Notes: generated by a model from the sequence alone, not told the origin. 64,000 nt of DNA from Leptolyngbyaceae cyanobacterium (GCA_050331235.1 JBHJHA010000011.1:64001-128000); one strand, 5' to 3'; positions 19,223-31,544 are shown, counted from the first letter of the stretch. Made by a program: numbers and translations.

Positions 19223-20830
19223 ATGACCGTTGCGATCGCATCTGATACGACAGCGCCGTCGGATACTCATCCCAAGATGCGGGTGGGCATTCCCAAAGAA
19301 ATTACCCAGGGAGAAAAGCGCGTTGCCGCAACCCCCGATACTGCTCAAAAGCTACAAAAGCTCGGCTTTGAAGTTTGGATCGAATCAGGCGCGGGCATGG
19401 CGGCAAGTTTTCCCGATCGGGCCTATACCGCAGCGGGGTGCCATGTCGTTCATGATGTGGTCATGTTGTGGGCCGAGTCTGACATTATTCTCAAAGTGCA
19501 GGCACCTCACTGGCACACTGGGATCAATCAACACGAAGCCGAACTGTTGCGTCCCGGTGGCAAGTTGATCAGCTTTATTTGGCCGGCCCAAAATCCGGAG
19601 TTGCTAGAGCAGCTTTCGCAAAAAGGGGCAACGGCAATGGCGATGGATGCCGTCCCGCGGATTACCCGAGCCCAAAAGCTCGATGCCTTGAGCTCTATGG
19701 CCAATCTGGCGGGCTATCGGGCGGTGATCGAGGCAGCGAATCAGTTTAGCCGAGGATTTACTGGCCAAATCACAGCGGCGGGCAAGATTCCCCCTTGTAA
19801 GGTGCTCGTCATCGGGGCGGGCGTTGCGGGCCTGGCCGCCATTGGTACGGCGCGGGGCTTAGGGGCGATCGTTCGTGCCTTTGACACCCGCCCCGTGGTC
19901 AAGGAGCAGGTAGAAAGCCTCGGGGCAGAATTTCTGGAGCTGCATTTCGAAGATGATGAGAATGGCGAAGGTGGCGGCGGTTATGCCAAGGTGATGAGTC
20001 CGGCCTTTATCGCGGCGGAAATGGCGTTGTTTTTAGAACAAGCCAAGGAAGTTGACATCATCATCACAACGGCGTTGATCCCTGGAAAGCCCGCCCCCCG
20101 TCTCATTACCCAAGAGATGGTCGAAGCGATGAAACCGGGTTCAGTAATTGTCGATATGGCTGCGGAACAGGGGGGCAATTGTGAGCTCACTCGCCCCCAC
20201 GAAATCTATGACCACAACGGCGTCAAGGTTGTAGGGCTAACCGACTTGGCCAGCCGCATGGCCAACCAAGCGAGTCAGCTCTATGGCACCAACTTGTACC
20301 ATCTGCTAAATGAGTTGGGTGGCGCTGAAGAGCATCATTTTGACCTAGAGGATGATGTGGTGCGTCAGGCTACCGTCGTCCATGAGGGCAACGTGATTTG
20401 GCCAGCACCGCCACTAGAGCGTCCCGCACCACCGGCCCCCACCCCAAAAGTGGTCGTCGAGACGGACGCTGCGCCGAAAAAGGCAAATCCGCTCAAACAG
20501 TTGATCTGGCCAATTTTGATCAGCGCCGCCTTAGTGGGGGTCGGGATTGCCGCGCCGGAATCTTTTATCTCGCACTTCACGGTCTTTGTGCTGGCGATCT
20601 TTTTGGGCTGGAAGGTGATTTGGGACGTTACCCCCGCCCTGCATACGCCATTGATGAGTGTGACGAATGCCATTAGCGGCATCATCATCATCGGCGGCAT
20701 GTTGCAAATTTCTGGGCCACTGACCTCCACCGTGACAATTTTGGGGGCGATCGCGATTTTTGTAAGCACGCTCAACATCTCCGGTGGGTTCTTTGTCACC
20801 CAGCGCATGTTGAACATGTTTCGCAAATAG
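19223..20830 (+). CDS. pntA: NAD(P) transhydrogenase subunit alpha
   Basis: GIPKE...[61 protein letters not shown] at 19209. Confidence 0.96.
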   Translation: MTVAIASDTTAPSDTHPKMRVGIPKEITQGEKRVAATPDTAQKLQKLGFEVWIESGAGMAASFPDRAYTAAGCHVVHDVVMLWAESDIILKVQAPHWHTGINQHEAELLRPGGKLISFIWPAQNPELLEQLSQKGATAMAMDAVPRITRAQKLDALSSMANLAGYRAVIEAANQFSRGFTGQITAAGKIPPCKVLVIGAGVAGLAAIGTARGLGAIVRAFDTRPVVKEQVESLGAEFLELHFEDDENGEGGGGYAKVMSPAFIAAEMALFLEQAKEVDIIITTALIPGKPAPRLITQEMVEAMKPGSVIVDMAAEQGGNCELTRPHEIYDHNGVKVVGLTDLASRMANQASQLYGTNLYHLLNELGGAEEHHFDLEDDVVRQATVVHEGNVIWPAPPLERPAPPAPTPKVVVETDAAPKKANPLKQLIWPILISAALVGVGIAAPESFISHFTVFVLAIFLGWKVIWDVTPALHTPLMSVTNAISGIIIIGGMLQISGPLTSTVTILGAIAIFVSTLNISGGFFVTQRMLNMFRK

Positions 20831-20876
20831 GCTGCATCCCTAACCAACTCGACACAGTACGCAGGATCTTCTGAAT

Positions 20877-22307
20877 ATGTCTAATAATCTGTTGACGGTT
20901 GCTTACATTGCAGCCAGCATTCTCTTTATTCTCAGCTTGGGGGGGTTGTCAAACCCCGAAACGGCCCGCCGGGGCAACCTTTACGGCATTGCCGGCATGG
21001 TGGTGGCCTTGGGAGCCACGGCCTGGAGCCGCCAAGTCACTAACTATGGGGTGCTCTTGGCGGCGATGGGACCCGCCATCTGGATTGGTGGTCTGCTGGC
21101 AACCCGCGCGGCCATGACCTCCATGCCGCAGCTCGTGGGTTTGCTTAATGGGTTTGGCGGTTTGGCGGCAGTGCTCGTCGGCTACGCCAGCTTTCTCAAT
21201 CCCGATGCCTCCCTACAGGGCATCGACTTCACCATTCACAAGGTAGAAGTTTACGTCGGCATCTTCATTGGTGCAGTGACCTTCATCGGCTCCCTGATTG
21301 CCTGCGGTAAACTCCAGGGCATTGTCTCTAGCAAGGCGATCGTGTTGCCGGGGCGACACATTCTCAATATTGGCTTGTTGGCGGCGGTCGTGGGGCTGGG
21401 CTATCGCTACATGACCGTGGGCGAAACGGCGGCCCTACTGCCCTTAGGCATCATGACGGCGATCGCCGCTGTTTTAGGCATCACTTTGGTGATTGCGATC
21501 GGCGGAGCCGACATGCCAGTGGTCATTTCCATCCTCAACAGCTACTCCGGCTGGGGGGCAGCGGCGGCGGGCTTTATGCTCAACAATGACCTGCTGATTA
21601 TCACAGGTGCTCTGGTGGGCAGCAGCGGCCTCATCCTCAGCTACATCATGTGTCAGGCGATGAACCGCTCGTTTGCCAATGTGCTGCTCGGCGGCTTCGG
21701 CAACACCAACTACCAGGGCAAAGCCGTCGAAGGGGAAGCCACTTCCACCTCAGTGGAAGAGACCGTAGAGCTGCTAAACACGGCTAGCAATGTCGTCATC
21801 GTGCCCGGCTATGGCATGGCCGTGGCCCAGGCGCAGCACGCCGTGGCCGAAATCACCCGCATATTGCGCGATCGCGGTACGCAAGTGCGCTTTGGCATTC
21901 ACCCTGTGGCGGGGCGGCTCCCCGGTCACATGAATGTGTTGCTGGCGGAAGCCAATGTGCCCTACGATATCGTGCTGGAAATGGAGGAAATCAACGGTGA
22001 TTTGCCGGCGACTGACGTGGTGCTCGTCATCGGTGCTAACGACACGGTCAACCCCAGTGCGCTAGAAGACCCCGACAGCCCGATGGCTGGGATGCCCGTA
22101 TTGGAAGTGTGGAAAGCGCAAAATGCGATCGTGCTGAAGCGCAGTCTCTCCGCCGGTTACGCCGGCGTAGCAAATCCCCTCTTTTACAAAGAGAATACGT
22201 CGATGCTGTTTGGCGATGCCCGGGCAAATGTCATGGCGATTTTAGAACAGCTCAACCGTGAGCAGTCTAGCGCTCCAGCCACTACGCTGGCGATCGCCAG
22301 CAAGTAA
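20877..22307 (+). CDS. pntB: NAD(P) transhydrogenase subunit beta
   Basis: [58 protein letters not shown]. Confidence 0.96.
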   Translation: MSNNLLTVAYIAASILFILSLGGLSNPETARRGNLYGIAGMVVALGATAWSRQVTNYGVLLAAMGPAIWIGGLLATRAAMTSMPQLVGLLNGFGGLAAVLVGYASFLNPDASLQGIDFTIHKVEVYVGIFIGAVTFIGSLIACGKLQGIVSSKAIVLPGRHILNIGLLAAVVGLGYRYMTVGETAALLPLGIMTAIAAVLGITLVIAIGGADMPVVISILNSYSGWGAAAAGFMLNNDLLIITGALVGSSGLILSYIMCQAMNRSFANVLLGGFGNTNYQGKAVEGEATSTSVEETVELLNTASNVVIVPGYGMAVAQAQHAVAEITRILRDRGTQVRFGIHPVAGRLPGHMNVLLAEANVPYDIVLEMEEINGDLPATDVVLVIGANDTVNPSALEDPDSPMAGMPVLEVWKAQNAIVLKRSLSAGYAGVANPLFYKENTSMLFGDARANVMAILEQLNREQSSAPATTLAIASK

Positions 22308-22340
22308 AGCTTGCCACGGTGTCAATAGGTCATTTTTGGA

Positions 22341-22378
22341 ATGCCCCCGGCTCAGCTAGTGTTTCTGAGTGGGGGCAT
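22341..22378 (+). terminator. Stem-loop after pntB
   Basis: ATGCCCCC-GGCTCAG...CTGAGT-GGGGGCAT inverted repeat about 34 nt after the stop; no clear U-tract. Confidence 0.55.
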
Positions 22379-22640
22379 ATTGCTGAGACTGCCGAAATTA
22401 GAGGCGACGATAAAACAGTCTGAGGAAACCATCTTGTGCTTTCTGCCCCATCAAGTCCTTTGCATTTGGGCTAACATCAGCGGAGATTTACGAACCGATT
22501 CAAACCTCGCTGGTGTGGTCAGAGCTCACCATTGATCTGGTTGATTAAGCTTTAAAGCGCTCTACGACAGAAACCAACACCGCTGCTGCCAACTGGCTGA
22601 TGGAGTACGATCGCTAGCTTCATAAAGTCCCAAGGTCGCT

Positions 22641-23525
22641 CTATTGAGAATTTAACCACCGCCGCCGCCAGTGACCCGTTGGCTGTAGCGATGACTGGGC
22701 TTGCTCTTGCGATCGCCGCCGCTGAATCGTGTCCGCATCATCCCGCAGAGACGGATCGCGATAGGGAATGGCGGCCCGCGTCTGGAGGTGTTCGCGCTCC
22801 TGCGGCGAGAGGTCAGGCAAATCGGTATTAGTGTGACGGGCAAGGGTGCTGGGCCAGCGACGACCCGGGGCCGCCAATGACCCGATGTGCAGCCCTGCCA
22901 GTTGCAACGCGGTGCGCACCGCCGCCGCACAGGAATAGGTCACAAGCACCCCCTGAGGATGTAGACACTGCGCTACCAGCGTCAGGAACTCCGCCGTCCA
23001 CAATTGCGGACAGCGGGGGGGTGAAAAGGGATCCAGAAAGATGACATCGGCCTGAAATCCCCCCCTTGCCAGCGGTTGAATCCGTTGCCGGGCATCGCCA
23101 ATGAATAAATCCGCCTGTAGCGACGTGCGGAGCCGCTGCTGCTCTGCCAGCTTTGTAAGGGCCATCTGCACCGTATCCGGCCATTCCTTGAGCAGCCCCT
23201 GAGCGATCGCTGCCCTGGGCACTCCGGCATCTAACTCTAAGCCAACGTGCTGAATTGGCAGACCTTTATCCTGGGCCCAGATGGCCTCTAGCGCCGCCGC
23301 CGTGTTGTATCCCAGCCCGTAGCAGACATCTAAAATTGTGATCTGCCCCTGGGCTTGGGCCCGCTCAACCAGCCCAGTAGCTAGCACATAGGTGCTGCGG
23401 GCTTCTTCGTAGGCTCCGCTGCGGCTATGAAACCACTCGCCAAAGGCCTCTGAATAAAAGGTCTCGCTGCCGTCAGCGGTGAGTTCAATCGGGAAGGCAT
23501 CCGTTTGCATGGCAATCTTTAGCAA
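22641..23525 (-). CDS. MnmC/MnmD-like SAM-dependent methyltransferase (tRNA mnm5s2U)
   Basis: TADGSETFYSEAFGEWFHS, ILDVCYGLGYN, FLDPFSPPRCPQLWT, LVTYS. Confidence 0.8.
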   Translation of the reverse strand: MLKIAMQTDAFPIELTADGSETFYSEAFGEWFHSRSGAYEEARSTYVLATGLVERAQAQGQITILDVCYGLGYNTAAALEAIWAQDKGLPIQHVGLELDAGVPRAAIAQGLLKEWPDTVQMALTKLAEQQRLRTSLQADLFIGDARQRIQPLARGGFQADVIFLDPFSPPRCPQLWTAEFLTLVAQCLHPQGVLVTYSCAAAVRTALQLAGLHIGSLAAPGRRWPSTLARHTNTDLPDLSPQEREHLQTRAAIPYRDPSLRDDADTIQRRRSQEQAQSSLQPTGHWRRRWLNSQ

Positions 23526-23639
23526 AACCTGAAAGACTGATAAAAGATCCTAACTGCATTCTTTCGAGAGATACGGCAGAATGGTATTGATTAAGAAACA
23601 TTTCTGTTGTTAAAGTCTTTTTCTACTAAGGAGCGCTCA

Positions 23640-25364
23640 ATGGTTGTCGCTGCACCCCAATTGCAAAAACGCCTCACCATGCAGGTAGAGCCCAACATCG
23701 CGGCGGACACTACGGCTATTCGCTCCCTTGATTGGGATCGCGATCGCTTCGACATTGAGTTTGGCCTGCAAAATGGCACCACCTACAACTCCTTCATCAT
23801 TCGCGGTGAAAAGACAGCCTTAGTTGATACCTCCCACGCAAAGTTTCGAGATCTCTATCTCGATGCCCTAAAGGCACAAATCGATCCCGCTGAGCTTGAC
23901 TACATCGTCATCAGCCATACCGAGCCTGACCATAGCGGCTTAGTGCGTGATGTGCTGACGTTAGCGCCTAAGGCAACGGTGGTCGGGGCCAAGGTCGCTC
24001 TCCAGTTTTTGGATGATTTGGTGCACCAGCCCTTTGAGCGCTTACAGGTCAAAAGTGGTGAACAGCTGGACTTGGGCAATGGCCACGTTCTGGAATTTGT
24101 TAATGCGCCTAACCTGCACTGGCCCGATACGATTTTCACTTACGATCATCAGAGTCAAGTGCTGTTTACCTGTGATGCCTTTGGGTTGCACTATTGCAGC
24201 GATGCCGTTTACGACGAAGACCTCGCCGCGATATCTCCTGACTTTCGCTTTTACTACGAGTGCCTGATGGCCCCCAACGCGCGGTCGGTGCTATCCGCTA
24301 TGAAGCGCATGGACAAGTTGCCCGAGATCACCACTGTCGCCACTGGTCACGGTCCGCTGTTGCGGCACCATGTAGGCGAGTTGACAGATCGCTATCGCCG
24401 CTGGAGCCAAGAAAAGAGCCAGGCAGAAACGCTGGTTGCTGTCTTTTACATGTCTGATTACGGCTACAGTGATCGCCTCTCCCAAGCGATCGCCCGTGGC
24501 ATCACTAAAACTGGCGTGGCGGTAGAGATGCTTGATCTGCGATCCGCTGATCCCCAGGAAGTGAACGAACTAGTAGGGCGGGCTCGGGGCTTGGTCATCG
24601 GCATGCCTCCGGCAACCGGGGCAAAAACGGCCCAAACGGCGCTGGGAACGATTTTTGCAGCCGTTCATGATAAGCAAACGGTAGGGCTGTTTGAATCCTA
24701 CGGTGGCGACGACGAGCCAATTGACACCCTGGCTACCCGGTTCCAAGATCTGGAGCTGCGCTCGGCGTTTAACCCTATTCGGGTCAAAGACACCCCTGAT
24801 GAGGCCCTCTACCAACTCTGTGATGAAGCGGGCACTGACCTAGGTCAACTATTAGGTCAAGCTAAAAAGCTCAAGAAGCTCAAATCTCTCAACGCGGAAA
24901 TGGAAAAGGCGCTAGGGCGGATTAGCAGCGGCCTCTACATCATGACCGCGAAGAAAGGGGAGGTTTCCAGTGCGATGCTGGCTTCTTGGGTTTCCCAAGC
25001 CAGCTTTGAACCCCTAGGCTTTACCGTGGCTGTGGCAAAGGACCGGGCGATCGAATCTTTGTTACAGGTGGGCGACACGTTTGTGCTCAATATTTTGGAA
25101 GAGGGCAATTACTCGGCTCTGATGAAGCACTTCCTAAAGCGCTTTCCACCGGGGAGCGATCGCTTTGCCGGCATTCGGACGCGCCCCGCTCAGAATGGTT
25201 CGCCGATTCTCGGCGATGCGCTAGCCTATTTAGAATGCACGGTCACGAGCCGTATGGAAGTCAGCGATCACTGGATCGTTTACTGCACCGTTGACGAGGG
25301 GAAAGTATCTGATCCTGAAGGCACTACGGCGGTACACCATCGGAAGGTCGGCACCTACTATTAA
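23640..25364 (+). CDS. flv3: Flavodiiron protein (class C, Flv3-type) with MBL, flavodoxin and flavin-reductase domains
   Basis: RSLDWDRDRFDIEFGLQNGTTYNS, intact diiron ligands HTEPDH, LHWPD, CDAFG, GHG; ends HHRKVGTYY; SD AAGGAG before ATG 23640. Confidence 0.85.
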   Translation: MVVAAPQLQKRLTMQVEPNIAADTTAIRSLDWDRDRFDIEFGLQNGTTYNSFIIRGEKTALVDTSHAKFRDLYLDALKAQIDPAELDYIVISHTEPDHSGLVRDVLTLAPKATVVGAKVALQFLDDLVHQPFERLQVKSGEQLDLGNGHVLEFVNAPNLHWPDTIFTYDHQSQVLFTCDAFGLHYCSDAVYDEDLAAISPDFRFYYECLMAPNARSVLSAMKRMDKLPEITTVATGHGPLLRHHVGELTDRYRRWSQEKSQAETLVAVFYMSDYGYSDRLSQAIARGITKTGVAVEMLDLRSADPQEVNELVGRARGLVIGMPPATGAKTAQTALGTIFAAVHDKQTVGLFESYGGDDEPIDTLATRFQDLELRSAFNPIRVKDTPDEALYQLCDEAGTDLGQLLGQAKKLKKLKSLNAEMEKALGRISSGLYIMTAKKGEVSSAMLASWVSQASFEPLGFTVAVAKDRAIESLLQVGDTFVLNILEEGNYSALMKHFLKRFPPGSDRFAGIRTRPAQNGSPILGDALAYLECTVTSRMEVSDHWIVYCTVDEGKVSDPEGTTAVHHRKVGTYY

Positions 25365-25541
25365 TCGCGATCGCCCCGGGTGACGTTGAGGTTTCCACCC
25401 GGCGAACGTAGGTCGGCCCTTCGCTGAGGCACCCTTGCGATTTCAGAGATAACTCACCTGTGCGCGAGCTACACCAGCCTTGGCGTTGACTCCTCTCCAT
25501 ATGGCGCTGGGCCACCGAGCCCACAAAAGGCTTTAAAGCAG

Positions 25542-25573
25542 CAGCGCCGCCCTAAGTCATTAGGGCGGCACTG
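25542..25573. terminator. Stem-loop between convergent flv3 and cp12
   Basis: CAGCGCCGCCCTAA-GTCA-TTAGGGCGGCACTG, 14-bp stem with one mismatch. Confidence 0.65.
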
Positions 25574-25597
25574 ATTATATCTGCTTAGGATTAACGC

Positions 25598-25825
25598 TTA
25601 GTCTTCGTAAACGCGACACTCATCCGCATCGGGATTGTCGTCACAGTACTTCTCGAGGGAAGACTTTTTGGGGCCAGTTTGACGCTGGTGAGAGGCCTCA
25701 GCTTGCAGCTCTTCGACTGCATCCCAAGCAGCAGCGCACTCAGCGGAGGAGGCGCCAGATGTATCACAAGTGTTGCGTGCTTCTTTCAACTCTTCTTGAA
25801 TTTTGTCTTGAATGTTGTTGCTCAT
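25598..25825 (-). CDS. cp12: Calvin cycle regulator CP12
   Basis: C...C-AAAWDAVEELQA core and C-terminal YCDDNPDADECRVYED; start set at MSNNIQ. Confidence 0.96.
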   Translation of the reverse strand: MSNNIQDKIQEELKEARNTCDTSGASSAECAAAWDAVEELQAEASHQRQTGPKKSSLEKYCDDNPDADECRVYED

Positions 25826-26407
25826 AAGAACCTTTATTAGACCGTTCTCCAACTTGATAACGCATTGCCAACTACAAAATTAGCAATACCAATGTCCTTA
25901 GCTAGTTTAGCGCTTTGCTTTGGCTAGAACGGTGTAAACCATGGCAAAGATTTGCATAGCGGCTGACTCCGTATAAATACTGCAACATCCCTCAATAGAG
26001 GGGTAGCAGAACTCTCAACTCCTTACAAACTAATGCTTAACTAGGCCTAGCTGTAGGGGTAAAAACCTCACTTTTAGTTCGGTTCTATTGAGTGAATACA
26101 GCTTATATTCATAGCTTAGCCCAGCTATTCTCCATCCAAACCAACCTTAAGCTGGAACTCAGATTACGCCATAAGTCAGAATTAACTGCCGGGGTAGAAA
26201 TATCGGCCAAAGACGCATTTCAGCAATGAATACCATAGATTCAAGTAAATCAATATTTGCTAATTTATCTGGAAGCCGCTTAAACTTGGTGAACTTCGGA
26301 TAAAGAACCCGTAGAATTGCGTCGATTTCTGTAAGACGATTTGCTTAATTGGCCTTAGGGTGAAATAAGCTTCACTAAACAGCAGCAGTGCAACCCCCAT
26401 TTTTCTG

Positions 26408-27667
26408 ATGCCTGAAACCTCCGGATCGATGCAGTGGGTTAGTGCCCTCTCAACCAAACCATCTTTAGAAGCGGCGGTGCGAGACATTGCCGAACAAGTC
26501 AAGGCACAACTCCAGCAGCCACCTGATTTGGGGTTGATCTTTATTTCAGCAGCTTTTGCCAGTGAGTTTGCGCGTTTACTGCCTCTTCTGAATGAAGCGC
26601 TGCCTATCCCCTGTGTGATTGGCTGTAGCGGCGGCGGCATCGTGGGGACTGCACCAGCAGAACCAGCGCGGGAAATTGAACAACGTCCGGGCTTGAGTCT
26701 CTGTGCGGCAACGCTACCCGGAGTGACCATCCAGCCCTTTGCACTGAAAGAGGAAGCCTTACCAGATTTGGATAGCCCACCTGATGCCTGGGCCGAAAAG
26801 ATTGGCGTGGCTCCCGCACAAAACCCGAATTTCATTCTGCTAGCGGATCCATTCACGGCGAAAATCACCGAGCTCTTGCAGGGGCTAGATTTTGCCTATC
26901 CCGGCACGGTCAAAATCGGTGGTTTGGCCAGCATCAGCGGTGTACAAAGAAATAGCGGGCTGTTTATCAACGGCACCCTGCAAACGGAGGGATTGGTGGG
27001 GTTGGCACTATCCGGCAATCTGGTGCTAGATGCGATCGTGGCTCAGGGATGTCGGCCCATTGGTCGACCATTCCGGATCGCGGCGGGCGATCGCAATATT
27101 TTGCTAGAGCTTGAAGAGATTGACGACTTCGGGGGGGAAACTCAGCTGCCATTGGAAGCGTTGCAAGACATTCTCCAAGACCTGAGTGAAAGCGATCGCG
27201 AACTTGCTAGAGATGCGCTCCATGTTGGCATTGCCCAGGATGGCTTTAAGCAAACCTTAGAGCCTGGCGATTTTTTGATTCGTAATCTTTTAGGCATTGA
27301 TCCCCGTTTGGGAGCTTTAGCCGTTGGCGATCGCATTCGAGTTGGGCAGCGCATCCAATTTCACCTGCGCGACGCCCGCACGTCTGCCGACGACTTAGAA
27401 ACTTTGCTCATCCGCTATCGTAGCCAGCACAAACTCGACGAAGAGACTCCCATTGGTGCCCTGATGTTCTCCTGCATGGGTCGCGGCGAGGGGCTTTACC
27501 AAAAGCCGCACTTTGACTCCCGCTTATTTCAGGAATTTCTAGGCGAGATGCCGCTCAATGGCTTCTTTTGCGGCGGCGAAATTGGCCCCGTCGGGAACAC
27601 CACATTTCTACACGGATACACATCGGTTTTTGGTATCTGTCGCCCAGCCCCCGACTCCAATAGCTAA
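26408..27667 (+). CDS. FIST N/C domain signal-transduction protein
   Basis: IGCSGGGIVG, KIGGLAS, VAQGCRPIG, FHLRDA, MFSCMGRG, GFFCGGEIGP, LHGYTSVF. Confidence 0.9.
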   Translation: MPETSGSMQWVSALSTKPSLEAAVRDIAEQVKAQLQQPPDLGLIFISAAFASEFARLLPLLNEALPIPCVIGCSGGGIVGTAPAEPAREIEQRPGLSLCAATLPGVTIQPFALKEEALPDLDSPPDAWAEKIGVAPAQNPNFILLADPFTAKITELLQGLDFAYPGTVKIGGLASISGVQRNSGLFINGTLQTEGLVGLALSGNLVLDAIVAQGCRPIGRPFRIAAGDRNILLELEEIDDFGGETQLPLEALQDILQDLSESDRELARDALHVGIAQDGFKQTLEPGDFLIRNLLGIDPRLGALAVGDRIRVGQRIQFHLRDARTSADDLETLLIRYRSQHKLDEETPIGALMFSCMGRGEGLYQKPHFDSRLFQEFLGEMPLNGFFCGGEIGPVGNTTFLHGYTSVFGICRPAPDSNS

Positions 27668-27688
27668 TACTTGGCCCCAGGGCTCGGA

Positions 27689-28123
27689 TTACATCTCGCT
27701 CACGTCAGACGCTGAGGCCTGTAAAACCGCCATCACCTGCTGATGCAGCGTAGCAATTTGGGGATAGTTATCCACCGCTCGCTGATAGCGCACTGCCGCT
27801 TCGCTGGACTCATCTGATTCTAAGGGTAGCAAGTCATGAGCCTTTTGCAAGAGGCTATGAATTTCATTGGGTGATACCGGCTCCTTAGAAGCAAAGGACT
27901 CATCAATGGTCGCAATGAACTGGGAAATGGGTCGGAGCCAAGCAAACCACTCATCATTAACAACCAACTGAAATAATTCCATCTTGGAGGTGACCGGGCC
28001 GTGAACCCGTTCGTAGCTGTCTTGTTCCGCATCTAGGAGCGCTTTGTGTAGTCGCAGCATTAGCGGGCGTAGGGCCTTGAGTTTTTCGTAGGCAGGCATC
28101 GAACCAAAAGTCGAATCAGTCAT
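27689..28123 (-). CDS. Hypothetical helical protein
   Basis: LRLHKALLDAE..YERVHG and DEWFAWLRP.S look like a conserved hypothetical family; start set at MTDSTF. Confidence 0.7.
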   Translation of the reverse strand: MTDSTFGSMPAYEKLKALRPLMLRLHKALLDAEQDSYERVHGPVTSKMELFQLVVNDEWFAWLRPISQFIATIDESFASKEPVSPNEIHSLLQKAHDLLPLESDESSEAAVRYQRAVDNYPQIATLHQQVMAVLQASASDVSEM

Positions 28124-28400
28124 GCAATCAGGCAAGCGTTCTACAGTCTGTATCATCTTGTCACATCTTGCGGACAGGGTTCACCGACATCAGCTTGAGA
28201 CGCCACAGCGATCCCTGGCCAATACGTAGACAGTTTGCGGTCAAGGGCAATGACTCCTGACCGCATCCCCACATCTAGGCTGCTGTCTAGGAAAATCCTG
28301 TTTTTTTTAAGGCTCGCCCCATCACGTTACATTTGGTCAGTCAGCGGGGAAGCTAAAAACTGAAACATCGAGTTTGATATTTCGAAGAGAGGCTCCGCGC

Positions 28401-29117
28401 ATGATGATCAATCCTTTGGGCACCCTGGCGATCGCCACTAGCTTGTTGACGACCGGGCTCTCTAGTCCAGCGCCTGCGGCATCCACCTTTGCCGAGCTAT
28501 GTGCAGCGCTACAGGACTATCGCCCCCTGCCAGAGCTCGACGGAGCAGCTGCTTGGGACACAATGGATGCTCTTTTGGCTGCGGTTGCAACCGAGGACTG
28601 CGCCGCGGCTGAAGCCAGGCTAGCCATGGTAACTGACCTCCACCCGCCGAGCTTGACGACAACGCCAACCGAGGCTGGCTTGGCCATCGACCTGCCCATT
28701 ATGGTTGACCTGCAGATTATCGCGATCGCCGCCCCGGCATTAACGCGCCTCGACTTGAATGGCAGCGTGGTCAGTGAACTGGATGCGATCGCTGAGCTGA
28801 GCAATCTTCAAGAGCTTCATCTGGCGAATACTCAACTGACTGATCTCACTCCCTTGGTCAGCCTGGCACGTCTCAAATTCCTGGATGTGAGCCACAACCA
28901 GATTGCCTCCATTGCTCCGCTGGCCGATATCCCCACATTGCGATCGCTTAACTTGGCCTTTAACCCTGTGACCGACCTCAGCCCCCTTGGTGAAATCTAC
29001 ACAGTCCGGGCCGATGAAGAACCTTGGCGACTACTCGATCTCCGCGGCTTAGACTATGACCTGAGGACCTGTCCAGGGGTTTTAGGCGATGTCTGCGAAG
29101 GCGACATCTACGAGTGA
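28401..29117 (+). CDS. Secreted leucine-rich-repeat (internalin-like) protein
   Basis: Signal peptide and four LxxLxLxxNxIxxLxPL repeats. Confidence 0.8.
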   Translation: MMINPLGTLAIATSLLTTGLSSPAPAASTFAELCAALQDYRPLPELDGAAAWDTMDALLAAVATEDCAAAEARLAMVTDLHPPSLTTTPTEAGLAIDLPIMVDLQIIAIAAPALTRLDLNGSVVSELDAIAELSNLQELHLANTQLTDLTPLVSLARLKFLDVSHNQIASIAPLADIPTLRSLNLAFNPVTDLSPLGEIYTVRADEEPWRLLDLRGLDYDLRTCPGVLGDVCEGDIYE

Positions 29118-29132
29118 ATGGCCTCCAAACAC

Positions 29133-29171
29133 AGCGGCGATCACAGCACTTTTGACACTACGATCGCCGCT
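29133..29171. terminator. Stem-loop between convergent LRR gene and acs
   Basis: AGCGGCGATC ... GATCGCCGCT inverted repeat. Confidence 0.5.
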
Positions 29172-29187
29172 AGCTGTGTCCTGATGC

Positions 29188-31158
29188 CTAGGATCCCTGA
29201 CGGAGCTTGTCGAGCACGCTTTGGTCTTCCATGGTGGTCGCATCGCCCACGATATCTTCGCCGCTCGCTAGATTCCGTAGGAAGCGACGAATGATCTTGC
29301 CCGATCGCGTTTTGGGCAGCGAGTCAGCAAAGCGAATATCCGCCGGTCGGGCGATCGCGCCGATTTCTTTCACGACGTGCTGTTTCAATTCACCTTTCAG
29401 GTCATCGCTGGGCGAGTGAGTGCCCTCCAGAGTGACAAAGGCAAAGACCTCTTCGCCAGTGATTTCATTTTTGCGCCCCACGACGGCAGCTTCGGCCACG
29501 GCAGGATGAGAAACCAAGGCTGATTCAATTTCCATCGTGCCCAGACGGTGACCGGAGACACTTAGCACATCATCGACCCGACCCATCACCCAAAAGTAGC
29601 CGTCCTCATCCCGACGAGCCCCGTCGCCAGCAAAGTAGAGATACTGGCCGTCTTTGGGGGGAATGTGCTCCCAGTAAGTGCGACGGAACCGTTCATCGTT
29701 GCCGTAGACGGTGCGCATCATACTGGGCCAGGGATGCTTGACGACTAAATAGCCCCCCTCGTTATCGCCAACAGGGTTGCCTTCTAAGTCCACCACGTCT
29801 GCCAAAATGCCGGGAAAAGGTTTGGTTGCCGAACCAGGCTTTGTTGGCGTGGCCCCCGGTAGCGGCGTTAGCATGAAGCCGCCAGTTTCCGTTTGCCACC
29901 AGGTATCCACAATCGGACAGTTACCGCCGCCAATGGTGTTGTGATACCAAATCCAGGCTTCGGGGTTGATCGGTTCACCCACGGTGCCCAAGATGCGTAG
30001 GGAAGAAAGATCGCGGGCTTTTGGTTCCTGATCGCCCATTTTCATAAAGGCGCGAATTGCCGTAGGTGCCGTGTAGAAAATATTGACGCCGTACTTTTCC
30101 ACAACATCCCAAAAACAGCCGGGGTTCGACGGACGGGGCACCCCTTCATACATTAGGCTGGTGGCCCCATTCGATAACGGACCATACACGATGTAGCTGT
30201 GGCCAGTGATCCAGCCCACGTCAGCCGTACACCAGTAGACGTCTGTATCCTTATGGTCAAACGTCCATTTGAAGGTCATATGGGTGTAGAGGTTGTATCC
30301 CCCCGTTGTATGCACCACGCCCTTGGGTTTACCGGTGGTGCCGCTGGTGTAGAGGATGAACAACATGTCCTCAGCGTCCATTTCCTCAGCGGGGCAGTTG
30401 CCAGAGGCGCCGGGTTTGAGGTCATGCCACCAGTGGTCGCGCCCTTCCACCATGGGAATGTCTTCTTTCGTGCGCTGCACCACGAGAACGTTCTCGACAC
30501 TCGGTGCCGCATCGTTTTCGAGGGCCTGATCTACCGCTGCCTTGAGGGGAATGACCTTATCTTTGCGGAAGCCGCCGTCAGCAGTGATAACGAGTTTGGC
30601 TTCGGCATCATTGAGGCGATCACGCAGCGCATCCGCACTAAAGCCTCCGAACACGACAGTGTGGGGTGCCCCAATCCGGGCACAGGCCAGCATGGCGATC
30701 GCCGCCTCCGGAATCATGGGCATGTACAGCCCAACGCGATCGCCCTTTTGCACGCCTAAGTCTTTCAGTACGTTCGCCATCTGGCAGACTTCGCGGTGCA
30801 GTTCACCATAGGTTAACGTCCGTGAGTCGCCGGGTTCGCCTTCCCAAATGAGTGCTGCCTTGTTCCGCCGCCAGGTGGTGAGGTGGCGATCCAAACAGTT
30901 GTAGGAAATATTGATCTTGCCGCCGCTAAACCATTTTGCAAAGGGCGGTTGCCAGTCAAGTACCGTGTCCCATTTCTTGAACCAGTGCAGCTCCTTTTGG
31001 GCTAAGTCAGCCCAAAAGGCCGCCGGGTCCGCAGCCGCTTTGTCATTAAGTTCCTGGTACTCTGCCATGCTCTTGATGCGGGCATGGTCGGCAAAGTCAG
31101 CCGGCGGCTCAAACAAGCGCTTTTCATTCAGGATGGATTCGATCGTCGGTTGAGACAT
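29188..31158 (-). CDS. acs: Acetate-CoA ligase (acetyl-CoA synthetase)
   Basis: [42 protein letters not shown]; start set at MSQPTIES. Confidence 0.96.
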   Translation of the reverse strand: MSQPTIESILNEKRLFEPPADFADHARIKSMAEYQELNDKAAADPAAFWADLAQKELHWFKKWDTVLDWQPPFAKWFSGGKINISYNCLDRHLTTWRRNKAALIWEGEPGDSRTLTYGELHREVCQMANVLKDLGVQKGDRVGLYMPMIPEAAIAMLACARIGAPHTVVFGGFSADALRDRLNDAEAKLVITADGGFRKDKVIPLKAAVDQALENDAAPSVENVLVVQRTKEDIPMVEGRDHWWHDLKPGASGNCPAEEMDAEDMLFILYTSGTTGKPKGVVHTTGGYNLYTHMTFKWTFDHKDTDVYWCTADVGWITGHSYIVYGPLSNGATSLMYEGVPRPSNPGCFWDVVEKYGVNIFYTAPTAIRAFMKMGDQEPKARDLSSLRILGTVGEPINPEAWIWYHNTIGGGNCPIVDTWWQTETGGFMLTPLPGATPTKPGSATKPFPGILADVVDLEGNPVGDNEGGYLVVKHPWPSMMRTVYGNDERFRRTYWEHIPPKDGQYLYFAGDGARRDEDGYFWVMGRVDDVLSVSGHRLGTMEIESALVSHPAVAEAAVVGRKNEITGEEVFAFVTLEGTHSPSDDLKGELKQHVVKEIGAIARPADIRFADSLPKTRSGKIIRRFLRNLASGEDIVGDATTMEDQSVLDKLRQGS

Positions 31159-31544
31159 AGAACGTGATGTGAAACTGCGAAATCTAAGGGCAATGCTGAT
31201 GGTCAGCAGGCTGCCTCTCAAACTTACTGTGTTTTTCAACACAGAAAAATTAGTCTGTGTGAATTTTTAACGTCGGGTTAGCCAGCGATCGGCTCTCTTG
31301 GCGGTGGAAAAAGTCCGGTCCCATATCCAGAATTCCTGGCGGCCGATATCGTTCTGACGTTGCCTGCTCAAACCCGCATCTCGGCGTTGTTTGGCCTAAT
31401 TGCGGTTACTGTGGTTGCGATGAATCATGTTCAATCGGGAAAGCAAAATCAAAGGAAGCAAGCTAAACCCTCACGGTTGACCCCAGCAACCAGCCCTTGA
31501 CGACCCTATGCTTAAATCAGCGGCGCTATGCAGGAACCTCCATC

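Noticed and set aside
26260..26868. 202-aa antisense ORF over the FIST gene, and similar shadow ORFs over pntA, acs, carB and BCCT
   Set aside because: They overlap well-supported genes on the other strand or frame and lack protein motifs
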